From contig OZ024741.1 of NCBI GenBank assembly GCA_964016885.1, forward strand, positions 253,704,001 through 253,768,000: a stretch of 64,000 bases of DNA, read 5' to 3'. A model generated the notes under the pieces. That model saw only the letters and a program-made list of their open reading frames with translations, was not told the origin of the DNA and did no database searches. This DNA is from Eledone cirrhosa (taxonomy: Eukaryota). The position numbers and the translations under genes are program-made. Positions 18,001 through 36,000 of the stretch are shown here, piece by piece (the stretch's first letter is position 1; the number at the start of each line of letters is the position of its first letter).

Positions 18001-21000
18001 ACATCACCACCAACATCACAACTAACATCACAACTAACATCACCACTACCATCACCACCAACATCACTACCAACATCACAACTAACATCACAACAAACAT
18101 CACAGCTAACATCAACACTAACAACCCAACTAACATCACCACCAACATCACAACTATCATCACCACCAACATCACAACTAACATCACCACCAACATCACC
18201 AACAACATCACCACTAACATCACCACCAACATCACCACCAACATCACAACTAACATCACAACTAACAAGACAACTAACATCACAACTAACATCACCACCA
18301 ACATCACAACTAACACCACAGCTAACATCACCACCAACATCACCACCAACATCACCACCAACATCACAACTAACATCACCACCAACATCACCACCAACAT
18401 CACCACTATCACCACCACCAACATCACCACCAACATCACCACTAACAACACAACTAACATCACGACTAACTTCACCACCAACATCACCACTAACATCACC
18501 ACTAACATCACAACTAACATCACAACCAACATCACCGCCATCATCACCACTACCACCACCACCAACATCACCACTAACATAACCACTAACATCATAACTA
18601 ACATCACCACTAACATCACAACTAACATCACCACCGACATCACAACTAACATCACAACTAACATCACCACTACCATCACCACCACCATCACCACCAACAT
18701 CACAACTAACATCACCACCAAGGTCACAACCAACATCACCACCAACATCACCACTACCATCACCACCCACATCACCACCAACATCACAACTAACAACACA
18801 ACTAACATCACAACCAACATCACCACTAACATCACAACTAACATCACCAGCAACATCACAACTAACATCACAACTAACATCACCATTACCATCACCACCA
18901 CCATCACCACCAACATCACAACTAACATCACCACCAACATCACAACCAACATCACCACCAACATCACCACTACCATCACCACCAACATCACCACCAACAT
19001 CACAACTAACAGCACAACTTACATCACAACTAACAGGAAAACTAACATCACCACCAACATCACCACCAACATCACCACAAACATCACCAGCAACAACACA
19101 ACTAACAACACAACTAACATCACCACCAACATCACAACTAACATCACCACCAACATAACCACCAACATCACCACCAACATCACCACCAACATCAAAACTA
19201 ACAACACAACTAACAACACAACTAACATCACCACCAACATCACAACTAACATCACCACCAACATAACCACCAACATCACCACCAACATCACCACGAACAT
19301 CAAAACTAACAACACAACTAACAACACAACTAACATCACCACCAACATCACCACTAACATCACAACTAACATCACCACCAACATCACCACCAACATCACC
19401 ACCAACATAACCACCAACATCAAAACTAACAACACAAATAACAACACAACTAACATCACCACCAACATTACAACTAACATCACAACTAACATCACCACCA
19501 ATATCACCACCAACATCACAACTAACATCACCACCAACATCACCACCAACATCACCCCCAACATCACCACCAACATCAAAACTAACTACACAACTAACAA
19601 CACAACTAACATCACCACCAACATCACAACTACCATCAGCACCAACATCACAACTAACATCACCACCAACATCACCAGCAACATCACAACTAACATCACA
19701 ACTAACATCACCACCAACATCATCACCAACATCACAACTAACATCACAACTTACATTACCAACAACATCACCACCAACATCACAACCAACATCACCACGA
19801 ACATCACCACTACCATCACCACCAACATCACGACCAACATCACAACTAACATCACAACTAACATCACCACTACCATCACCACCAAAATCACCACCAACAT
19901 CACAACTAACAACACAACTAACATCACAACCAACATCACCACTAACATCACAACTAACATCACCACCAACATCACAACTAACATCACAACTAACATCATC
20001 ACTACCATCACCACCAACATCACCACCAACATCACAACTAACATCACAACTAACACCACAGCTAACATCACCACTAACAATTCAACTAACATCACCACCA
20101 ACATCACAACTATCATCACCACCAACATCACAACTAACATCACCACCAACATCACCAGCAATATCACAACTAACATCACAACTAACATCACCACCAACAT
20201 CACCAACAACATCACCACTAACATCACCACCAACATCACCACCAACATCACAACTAACATCACAACTAACAAGACAACTAACATCACAACTAACATCACC
20301 ACCAACATCACAACTAACATCACCGCTAACATCACAACCAACATCACCACCAACATCACAACTAACATCACCACCAACATCACCACCAACATCACCACCA
20401 ACATCACCACTAACAACACAACTAACATCACAACTAACATCACCACCAACATCACAACTAACATCACCACTAACATCACAACTAGCATCACAACCAACAT
20501 CACCGCCATCATCACCACTACCACCACCACCATCATCACCACTAACATCACCACTAACATCATAACTAACATCACCACTAACATCACAACTAACTTCACC
20601 ACCAACATCACCACTACCATCACCACCAACATCACCTCCAAGATCACAACTAACATCACAACTAACATCACCACTACCATCACCACCAACATCACCACCA
20701 ACATCACAACTAACAACACAACTAACATCACAACCAACATCACCACTAACATCACAACTAACATCACCACCAACATCACAACTAACATCACAACTAACAT
20801 CACCATCACCATCACCACCACCATCACCACCAACATCATAACTAACATCACCACCAACATCACAACCAACATCACCACTACCATCACCACCAACATCACC
20901 ACCAACATCACAACTAACAGCACAACTTACATCACAACTAACAAGACAACTAACATCACCACCAACATCACCACCAACATCACCACAAACAACACCACCA

Positions 21001-24000
21001 ACATCACCACCAACATTACAACTAACATCACAACTAACATCACCACCAACATCACAACTATCATCACAACTAACGTCACCACCAACATCACCTCCAACAT
21101 CACCACCAACATCACCACCAACAACACAACTAACAACACAACTAACATCACCACCAACATCACAACTAACATCACCACCAACATCACCACCAACATCACC
21201 ACCAACATCACCATCAACATCACCACCAACATCAAAACTAACAACACAACTAACAACACAACTAACATCACCACCAACATCACCACTAACATCACAACTA
21301 ACATCACCACCAACATCACCACCAACATCACCATCAACATAACCACCAACATCAAAACTAACAACACAACTAACAACACAACTAACATCACCACCAACAT
21401 CACAACTAACATCACAACTAACATCACCACCAACATCACCACCAACATCACAACTAACATCACCACCAACATCACCACCAACATCGCCCCCAACATCACC
21501 ACCAACATCAAAACTAACTACACAACTAACAACACAACTAACATCACCACCAACATCACAAATATCATCACCACCAACATCACCACCAACATCACCACAA
21601 ACATCACCAGCAACAACACAACTAACAACACAACTAACATCACCACCAACATCACAACTAACATCACCACCAACATAACCACCAACATCACCACCAACAT
21701 CACCACCAACATCAAAACTAACAACACAACTAACAACACAACTAACATCACCACCAACATCACAACTAACATCACCACCAACATAACCACCAACATCACC
21801 ACCAACATCACCACGAACATCAAAACTAACAACACAACTAACAACACAACTAACATCACCACCAACATCACCACTAACATCACAACTAACATCACCACCA
21901 ACATCACCACCAACATCACCACCAACATAACCACCAACATCAAAACTAACAACACAAATAACAACACAACTAACATCACCACCAACATTACAACTAACAT
22001 CACAACTAACATCACCACCAATAACACCACCAACATCACAACTAACATCACCACCAACATCACCACCAACATCACCCCCAACATCACCACCAACATCAAA
22101 ACTAACTACACAACTAACAACACAACTAACATCACCACCAACATCACAACTACCATCAGCACCAACATCACAACTAACATCACCACCAACATCACCAGCA
22201 ACATCACAACTAACATCACAACTAACATCACCACCAACATCATCACCAACATCACAACTAACATCACAACTTACATTACCACCAACATCACCACCAACAT
22301 CACAACCAACATCACCACGAACATAACCACTACCATCACCACCAACATCACGACCAACATCACAACTAACATCACAACTAACATCACCACTACCATCACC
22401 ACCAAAATCACCACCAACATCACAACTAACAACACAACTAACATCACAACCAACATCACCACTAACATCACAACTAACATCACCACCAACATCACAACTA
22501 ACATCACAACTAACATCATCACTACCATCACCACCAACATCACCACCAACATCACAACTAACATCACAACTAACACCACAGCTAACATCACCACTAACAA
22601 TTCAACTAACATCACCACCAACATCACAACTATCATCACCACCAACATCACAACTAACATCACCACCAACATCACCAGCAATATCACAACTAACATCACA
22701 ACTAACATCACCACCAACATCACCAACAACATCACCACTAACATCACCACCAACATCACCACCAACATCACAACTAACATCACAACTAACAAGACAACTA
22801 ACATCACAACTAACATCACCACCAACATCACAACTAACATCACCGCTAACATCACAACCAACATCACCACCAACATCACAACTAACATCACCACCAACAT
22901 CACCACCAACATCACCACCAACATCACCACTAACAACACAACTAACATCACAACTAACATCACCACCAACATCACAACTAACATCACCACTAACATCACA
23001 ACTAGCATCACAACCAACATCACCGCCATCATCACCACTACCACCACCACCATCATCACCACTAACATCACCACTAACATCATAACTAACATCACCACTA
23101 ACATCACAACTAACTTCACCACCAACATCACCACTACCATCACCACCAACATCACCTCCAAGATCACAACTAACATCACAACTAACATCACCACTACCAT
23201 CACCACCAACATCACCACCAACATCACAACTAATAACACAACTAACATCACAACCAACATCACCACTAACATCACAACTAACATCACCACCAACATCACA
23301 ACTAACATCACAACTAACATCACCATCACCATCACCACCACCATCACCACCAACATCATAACTAACATCACCACCAACATCACAACCAACATCACCACTA
23401 CCATCACCACCAACATCACCACCAACATCACAACTAACAGCACAACTTACATCACAACTAACAAGACAACTAACATCACCACCAACATCACCACCAACAT
23501 CACCACAAACAACACCACCAACATCACCACCAACATTACAACTAACATCACAACTAACATCACCACCAACATCACAACTATCATCACAACTAACGTCACC
23601 ACCAACATCACCTCCAACATCACCACCAACATCACCACCAACAACACAACTAACAACACAACTAACATCACCACCAACATCACAACTAACATCACCACCA
23701 ACATCACCACCAACATCACCACCAACATCACCATCAACATCACCACCAACATCAAAACTAACAACACAACTAACAACACAACTAACATCACCACCAACAT
23801 CACCACTAACATCACAACTAACATCACCACCAACATCACCACCAACATCACCATCAACATAACCACCAACATCAAAACTAACAACACAACTAACAACACA
23901 ACTAACATCACCACCAACATCACAACTAACATCACAACTAACATCACCACCAACATCACCACCAACATCACAACTAACATCACCACCAACATCACCACCA

Positions 24001-27000
24001 ACATCGCCCCCAACATCACCACCAACATCAAAACTAACTACACAACTAACAACACAACTAACATCACCACCAACATCACAAATATCATCACCACCAACAT
24101 CACAACTAACATCACCACCAACATCACCAGCAACATCACAACTAACATCACAACTAACATCGCCACCAACATCACCATCAACATCACAACTAACATCACA
24201 ACTAACATTACCACCAACATCACCACCAACATCACAACTAACATCACCACCAACATCACCACGAACATCACCACTAACATCACAACTAACATCACCACCA
24301 AGATCACCACTAATATCACGACTAACATCACAACCAACATCACCACCAACATCACCACCAACATCACCATCAACATCACAACTAACATCACAACTAACAT
24401 CACAACTAACATCACAACTAACATCACAACCAACATCACCACCAATATCACAACTAACATCACCACCAACATCACCACCAACATCACCACCAACATCACA
24501 ACTAACATCACAACTAACATCACCACCAACATCACCACTAACAGCACAACTTACATCACAACTAACATCACAACTAACATCACCGCCAACATCACCACTA
24601 ACAGCACAACATACATCACAACTAACAAGACAACTAACATCACCACCAACATCAACACCAACATCACCACCAACATCACCACCAACATCACCACCAACAT
24701 CACAACTAACATCACAACTAACAAGAAAACTAACATCACAACTAACATCACCACCAACATCACAACTAACATCACAGCTAACATCACCACCAACATCACC
24801 ACTAACAGCACAACTTACATCACAACTAACATCACAACTAACATCACCACCAACATCACCACTAACAGCACAACTTACATCACAACTAACAAGACAACTA
24901 ACATCACCACCAACATCAACACCAACATCACCACCAACATCACCACCAACATCACCACCAACATCACAACTAACATCACAACTAACATCACAGCTAACAT
25001 CACCACTAACAACACAACTAACATCACCACCAACATCACAACTATAATCACCACCAACATCACAACTAACATCACCACCAACATCACCAGCAACATCACA
25101 ACTAACATCACAACTAACATCACAACCAACATCACCACCAACATCACCACTACCATCACCACCAACATCACCACCAACATCACAACTAACATCACAACTA
25201 ACATCACCACTACCATCACCACCAACATCACCACCAACATCACAACTAACAACACAAGTAACATCACAACCAACATCACCACTAACATCACAACTAACAT
25301 CACCACCAACATCACAACTAACATCACAACTAACATCACCACTACCATCACCACCAACATCACTACCAACATCACAACTAACATCACAACTAACATCACA
25401 GCTAACATCAACACTAACAACCCAACTAACATCACCACCAACATCACAACTATCATCACCACCAACATCACAACTAACATCACCACCAACATCACCAACA
25501 ACATCACCACTAACATCACCACCAACATCACCACCAACATCACAACTAACATCACAACTAACAAGACAACTAACATCACAACTAACATCACCACCAACAT
25601 CACAACTAACACCACAGCTAACATCACCACCAACATCACCACCAACATCACCACCAACATCACAACTAACATCACCACCAACATCACCACCAACATCACC
25701 ACTACCACCACCACCAACATCACCACCAACATCACCACTAACAACACAACTAACATCACAACTAACTTCACCACAAACATCACCACTAACATCACCACTA
25801 ACATCACAACTAACATCACAACCAACATCACCGCCATCATCACCACTACCACCACCACCAACATCACCACTAACATAACCACTAACATCATAACTAACAT
25901 CACCACTAACATCACAACTAACATCACCACCGACATCACAACTAACATCACAACTAACATCACCACTACCATCACCACCACCATCACCACCAACATCACA
26001 ACTAACATCACCACCAAGATCACAACCAACATCACCACCAACATCACCACTACCATCACCACCAACATCACCACCAAGATTACAACTAACATCACAACTA
26101 ACATCACCACTACCATCACCACCCACATCACCACCAACATCACAACTAACAACACAACTAACATCACAACCAACATCACCACTAACATCACAACTAACAT
26201 CACCACCAACATCACAACTAACATCACAACTAACATCACCATTACCATCACCACCACCACCATCACCACCAACATCACAACTAACATCACCACCAACATC
26301 ACAACCAACATCACCACCAACATCACCACTACCATCACCACCAACATCACCACCAACATCACAACTAACAGCACAACTTACATCACAACTAACAAGAAAA
26401 CTAACATCACCACCAACATCACCACCAACATCACCACAAACATCACCAGCAACAACACAACTAACAACACAACTAACATCACCACCAACATCACAACTAA
26501 CATCACCACCAACATAACCACCAACATCACCACCAACATCACCACCAACATCAAAACTAACAACACAACTAACAACACAACTAACATCACCACCAACATC
26601 ACAACTAACATCACCACCAACATAACCACCAACATCACCACCAACATCACGACGAACATCAAAACTAACAACACAACTAACAACACAACTAACATCACCA
26701 CCAACATCACCACTAACATCACAACTAACATCACCACCAACATCACCACCAACATCACCACCAACATAACCACCAACATCAAAACTAACAACACAAATAA
26801 CAACACAACTAACATCACCACCAACATTACAACTAACATCACAACTAACATCACCACCAATATCACCACCAACATCACAACTAACATCACCACCAACATC
26901 ACCACCAACATCACCCCCAACATCACCACCAACATCAAAACTAACTACACAACTAACAACACAACTAACATCACCACCAACATCACAACTACCATCAGCA

Positions 27001-30000
27001 CCAACATCACAACTATCATCACCACCAACATCACCAGCAACATCACAACTAACATCACAACTAACATCACCACCAACATCATCACCAACATCACAACTAA
27101 CATCACAACTTACATTACCACCAACATCACCACTACCATCACCACCACCATCACCACCAACATCACAACTAACATCACCACCAAGATCACAACCAACATC
27201 ACCACCAACATCACCACTACCATCACCACCAACATCACCACCAAGATTACAACTAACATCACAACTAACATCACCACTACCATCACCACCCACATCACCA
27301 CCAACATCACAACTAACAACACAACTAACATCACAACCAACATCACCACTAACATCACAACTAACATCACCACCAACATCACAACTAACATCACAACTAA
27401 CATCACCATTACCATCACCACCACCACCATCACCACCAACATCACAACTAACATCACCACCAACATCACAACCAACATCACCACCAACATCACCACTACC
27501 ATCACCACCAACATCACCACCAACATCACAACTAACAGCACAACTTACATCACAACTAACAAGAAAACTAACATCACCACCAACATCACCACCAACATCA
27601 CCACAAACATCACCAGCAACAACACAACTAACAACACAACTAACATCACCACCAACATCACAACTAACATCACCACCAACATAACCACCAACATCACCAC
27701 CAACATCACCACCAACATCAAAACTAACAACACAACTAACAACACAACTAACATCACCACCAACATCACAACTAACATCACCACCAACATAACCACCAAC
27801 ATCACCACCAACATCACGACGAACATCAAAACTAACAACACAACTAACAACACAACTAACATCACCACCAACATCACCACTAACATCACAACTAACATCA
27901 CCACCAACATCACCACCAACATCACCACCAACATAACCACCAACATCAAAACTAACAACACAAATAACAACACAACTAACATCACCACCAACATTACAAC
28001 TAACATCACAACTAACATCACCACCAATATCACCACCAACATCACAACTAACATCACCACCAACATCACCACCAACATCACCCCCAACATCACCACCAAC
28101 ATCAAAACTAACTACACAACTAACAACACAACTAACATCACCACCAACATCACAACTACCATCAGCACCAACATCACAACTATCATCACCACCAACATCA
28201 CCAGCAACATCACAACTAACATCACAACTAACATCACCACCAACATCATCACCAACATCACAACTAACATCACAACTTACATTACCACCAACATCACCAC
28301 CAACATCACAACCAACATCACCACGAACATCACCACTACCATCACCACCAACATCACGACCAACATCACAACTAACATCACAACTAACATCACCACTACC
28401 ATCACCACCAAAATCACCACCAACATCACAACTAACAACACAACTAACATCACAACCAACATCACCACTAACATCACAACTAACATCACCACCAACATCA
28501 CAACTAACATCACAACTAACATCATCACTACCATCACCACCAACATCACCACCAACATCACAACTAACATCACAACTAACACCACAGCTAACATCACCAC
28601 TAACAATTCAACTAACATCACCACCAACATCACAACTATCATCACCACCAACATCACAACTAACATCACCACCAACATCACCAGCAATATCACAACTAAC
28701 ATCACAACTAACATCACCACCAACATCACCAACAACATCACCACTAACATCACCACCAACATCACCACCAACATCACAACTAACATCACAACTAACAAGA
28801 CAACTAACATCACAACTAACATCACCACCAACATCACAACTAACATCACCGCTAACATCACAACCAACATCACCACCAACATCACCACCAACATCACAAC
28901 TAACATCACCACCAACATCACCACCAACATCACCACCAACATCACCACTAACAACACAACTAACATCACAACTAACATCACCACCAACATCACAACTAAC
29001 ATCACCACTAACATCACAACTAGCATCACAACCAACATCACCGCCATCATCACCACTACCACCACCACCATCATCACCACTAACATCACCACTAACATCA
29101 TAACTAACATCACCACTAACATCACAACTAACATCACCACCAACATCACCACTACCATCACCACCAACATCACCTCCAAGATCACAACTAACATCACAAC
29201 TAACATCACCACTACCATCACCACCAACATCACCACCAACATCACAACTAACAACACAACTAACATCACAACCAACATCACCACTAACATCACAACTAAC
29301 ATCACCACCAACATCACAACTAACATCACAACTAACATCACCATTACCATCACCACCACCATCACCACCAACATCATAACTAACATCACCACCAACATCA
29401 CAACCAACATCACCACCAACATCACCACTACCATCACCACCAACATCACCACCAACATCACAACTAACATCACAACTTACATCACAACTAACAAGACAAC
29501 TAACATCACCACCAACATCACCACCAACATCACCACAAACAACACCACCAACATCACCACCAACATTACAACTAACATCACAACTAACATCACCACCAAC
29601 ATCACAACTATCATCACAACTAATGTCACCACCAACATCACCTCCAACATCACCACCAACATCACCACCAACAACACAACTAACAACACAACTAACATCA
29701 CCACCAACATCACAACTAACATCACCACCAACATCACCACCAACATCACCATCAACATCACCACCAACATCAAAACTAACAACACAACTAACAACACAAC
29801 TAACATCACCACCAACATCACCACTAACATCACAACTAACATCACCACCAACATCACCACCAACATCACCACCAACATAACCACCAACATCAAAACTAAC
29901 AACACAACTAACAACACAACTAACATCACCACCAACATCACAACTAACATCACAACTAACATCACCACCAACATCACCACCAACATCACAACTAACATCA

Positions 30001-33000
30001 CCACCAACATCACCACCAACATCGCCCCCAACATCACCACCAACATCAAAACTAACTACACAACTAACAACACAACTAACATCACCACCAACATCACAAA
30101 TATCATCACCACCAACATCACAACTAACATCACCAGCAACATCACAACTAACATCACAACTAACATCACCACCAACATCATCACCAACATCACAACTAAC
30201 ATCACAACTAACATTACCACCAACATCACCACCAACATCACAACTAACATCACCACCAACATCACCACCAACATCACAACTAACATCACAACTAACATTA
30301 CCACCAACATCACCACCAACATCACAACTAACATCACCACCAACATCACCACGAACATCACCACTAACATCACCACAAAGATCACCACTAATATCACAAC
30401 TAACATCACAACCAACATCACCACCAACATCACAACTAACATCACAACTAACATCACAACTAACATCACAACTAACATCACCACCAACATCACCACCAAC
30501 ATCACCACCAACATCACAACTAACATCACAACTAACATCACCACCAACATCACCACTAACAGCACAACTTACATCACATCTAACAAGACAACTAACATCA
30601 CCACCAACATCACCACCAACATCACAACTAACATCACAACTAACATCACAGCTAACATCACCACTAACAACACAACTAACACCACCACCAACATCACAAC
30701 TATCATCACCACCAACATCACAACTAACATCACCACCAACATCACCAGCAACATCACAACTAACATAACAACTAACATCATCACCAACATCACCAACAAC
30801 ATCACCACTAACATCACCACCAACATCACCACCAACATCACAACTAACATCACAACTAACAAGACAACTAACATCACAACTAACATCACCACCAACATCA
30901 CAACTAACATCAGAGCTAACATCACCACCAACATCACCAACAACGTCACCACCAACATCACAACTAACATCACAGCTAACATCACCACCAACATCACCAC
31001 CAACATCACCACCAACATCACAACTAACATCACCACCAACATCACCACCAACATCACCCCCAACATCACCACCAACATCAAAACTAACTACACAACTAAC
31101 AACACCACCAACATCACCCCCAACATCACCACCAACATCAAAACTAACTACACAACTAACAACACAACTAACATCACCACCAACATCACAACAACCATCA
31201 GCACCAACATCACAACTAACATCACCACCAACATCACCAGCAACATCACAACTAACATCACAACTAACATCACCACCAACATCATCACCAACATCACAAC
31301 TAACATCACAACTTACATTACCACCAACATCACCACCAACATCACAACCAACATCACCACGAACATAACCACTACCATCACCACCAACATCACGACCAAC
31401 ATCACAACTAACATCACAACTAACATCACCACTACCATCACCACCAAAATCACCACCAACATCACAACTAACAACACAACTAACATCACAACCAACATCA
31501 CCACTAACATCACAACTAACATCACCACCAACATCACAACTAACATCACAACTAACATCATCACTACCATCACCACCAACATCACCACCAACATCACAAC
31601 TAACATCACAACTAACACCACAGCTAACATCACCACTAACAATTCAACTAACATCACCACCAACATCACAACTATCATCACCACCAACATCACAACTAAC
31701 ATCACCACCAACATCACCAGCAATATCACAACTAACATCACAACTAACATCACCACCAACATCACCAACAACATCACCACTAACATCACCACCAACATCA
31801 CCACCAACATCACAACTAACATCACAACTAACAAGACAACTAACATCACAACTAACATCACCACCAACATCACAACTAACATCACCGCTAACATCACAAC
31901 CAACATCACCACCAACATCACAACTAACATCACCACCAACATCACCACCAACATCACCACCAACATCACCACTAACAACACAACTAACATCACAACTAAC
32001 ATCACCACCAACATCACAACTAACATCACCACTAACATCACAACTAGCATCACAACCAACATCACCGCCATCATCACCACTACCACCACCACCATCATCA
32101 CCACTAACATCACCACTAACATCATAACTAACATCACCACTAACATCACAACTAACTTCACCACCAACATCACCACTACCATCACCACCAACATCACCTC
32201 CAAGATCACAACTAACATCACAACTAACATCACCACTACCATCACCACCAACATCACCACCAACATCACAACTAATAACACAACTAACATCACAACCAAC
32301 ATCACCACTAACATCACAACTAACATCACCACCAACATCACAACTAACATCACAACTAACATCACCATCACCATCACCACCACCATCACCACCAACATCA
32401 TAACTAACATCACCACCAACATCACAACCAACATCACCACTACCATCACCACCAACATCACCACCAACATCAGAACTAACAGCACAACTTACATCACAAC
32501 TAACAAGACAACTAACATCACCACCAACATCACCACCAACATCACCACAAACAACACCACCAACATCACCACCAACATTACAACTAACATCACAACTAAC
32601 ATCACCACCAACATCACAACTATCATCACAACTAACGTCACCACCAACATCACCTCCAACATCACCACCAACATCACCACCAACAACACAACTAACAACA
32701 CAACTAACATCACCACCAACATCACAACTAACATCACCACCAACATCACCACCAACATCACCACCAACATCACCATCAACATCACCACCAACATCAAAAC
32801 TAACAACACAACTAACAACACAACTAACATCACCACCAACATCACCACTAACATCACAACTAACATCACCACCAACATCACCACCAACATCACCATCAAC
32901 ATAACCACCAACATCAAAACTAACAACACAACTAACAACACAACTAACATCACCACCAACATCACAACTAACATCACAACTAACATCACCACCAACATCA

Positions 33001-36000
33001 CCACCAACATCACAACTAACATCACCACCAACATCACCACCAACATCGCCCCCAACATCACCACCAACATCAAAACTAACTACACAACTAACAACACAAC
33101 TAACATCACCACCAACATCACAAATATCATCACCACCAACATCACAACTAACATCACCACCAACATCACCAGCAACATCACAACTAACATCACAACTAAC
33201 ATCGCCACCAACATCACCATCAACATCACAACTAACATCACAACTAACATTACCACCAACATCACCACCAACATCACAACTAACATCACCACCAACATCA
33301 CCACGAACATCACCACTAACATCACAACTAACATCACCACCAAGATCACCACTAATATCACGACTAACATCACAACCAACATCACCACCAACATCACCAC
33401 CAACATCACCATCAACATCACAACTAACATCACAACTAACATCACAACTAACATCACAACTAACATCACAACCAACATCACCACCAATATCACAACTAAC
33501 ATCACCACCAACATCACCACCAACATCACCACCAACATCACAACTAACATCACAACTAACATCACCACCAACATCACCACTAACAGCACAACTTACATCA
33601 CAACTAACATCACAACTAACATCACCGCCAACATCACCACTAACAGCACAACATACATCACAACTAACAAGACAACTAACATCACCACCAACATCAACAC
33701 CAACATCACCACCAACATCACCACCAACATCACCACCAACATCACAACTAACATCACAACTAACAAGAAAACTAACATCACAACTAACATCACCACCAAC
33801 ATCACAACTAACATCACAGCTAACATCACCACCAACATCACCACTAACAGCACAACTTACATCACAACTAACATCACAACTAACATCACCACCAACATCA
33901 CCACTAACAGCACAACTTACATCACAACTAACAAGACAACTAACATCACCACCAACATCAACACCAACATCACCACCAACATCACCACCAACATCACCAC
34001 CAACATCACAACTAACATCACAACTAACATCACAGCTAACATCACCACTAACAACACAACTAACATCACCACCAACATCACAACTATAATCACCACCAAC
34101 ATCACAACTAACATCACCACCAACATCACCAGCAACATCACAACTAACATCACAACTAACATCACAACCAACATCACCACCAACATCACCACTACCATCA
34201 CCACCAACATCACCACCAACATCACAACTAACATCACAACTAACATCACCACTACCATCACCACCAACATCACCACCAACATCACAACTAACAACACAAG
34301 TAACATCACAACCAACATCACCACTAACATCACAACTAACATCACCACCAACATCACAACTAACATCACAACTAACATCACCACTACCATCACCACCAAC
34401 ATCACTACCAACATCACAACTAACATCACAACTAACATCACAGCTAACATCAACACTAACAACCCAACTAACATCACCACCAACATCACAACTATCATCA
34501 CCACCAACATCACAACTAACATCACCACCAACATCACCAACAACATCACCACTAACATCACCACCAACATCACCACCAACATCACAACTAACATCACAAC
34601 TAACAAGACAACTAACATCACAACTAACATCACCACCAACATCACAACTAACACCACAGCTAACATCACCACCAACATCACCACCAACATCACCACCAAC
34701 ATCACAACTAACATCACCACCAACATCACCACCAACATCACCACTACCACCACCACCAACATCACCACCAACATCACCACTAACAACACAACTAACATCA
34801 CAACTAACTTCACCACCAACATCACCACTAACATCACCACTAACATCACAACTAACATCACAACCAACATCACCGCCATCATCACCACTACCACCACCAC
34901 CAACATCACCACTAACATAACCACTAACATCATAACTAACATCACCACTAACATCACAACTAACATCACCACCGACATCACAACTAACATCACAACTAAC
35001 ATCACCACTACCATCACCACCACCATCACCACCAACATCACAACTAACATCACCACCAAGATCACAACCAACATCACCACCAACATCACCACTACCATCA
35101 CCACCAACATCACCACCAAGATTACAACTAACATCACAACTAACATCACCACTACCATCACCACCCACATCACCACCAACATCACAACTAACAACACAAC
35201 TAACATCACAACCAACATCACCACTAACATCACAACTAACATCACCACCAACATCACAACTAACATCACAACTAACATCACCATTACCATCACCACCACC
35301 ACCATCACCACCAACATCACAACTAACATCACCACCAACATCACAACCAACATCACCACCAACATCACCACTACCATCACCACCAACATCACCACCAACA
35401 TCACAACTAACAGCACAACTTACATCACAACTAACAAGAAAACTAACATCACCACCAACATCACCACCAACATCACCACAAACATCACCAGCAACAACAC
35501 AACTAACAACACAACTAACATCACCACCAACATCACAACTAACATCACCACCAACATAACCACCAACATCACCACCAACATCACCACCAACATCAAAACT
35601 AACAACACAACTAACAACACAACTAACATCACCACCAACATCACAACTAACATCACCACCAACATAACCACCAACATCACCACCAACATCACGACGAACA
35701 TCAAAACTAACAACACAACTAACAACACAACTAACATCACCACCAACATCACCACTAACATCACAACTAACATCACCACCAACATCACCACCAACATCAC
35801 CACCAACATAACCACCAACATCAAAACTAACAACACAAATAACAACACAACTAACATCACCACCAACATTACAACTAACATCACAACTAACATCACCACC
35901 AATATCACCACCAACATCACAACTAACATCACCACCAACATCACCACCAACATCACCCCCAACATCACCACCAACATCAAAACTAACTACACAACTAACA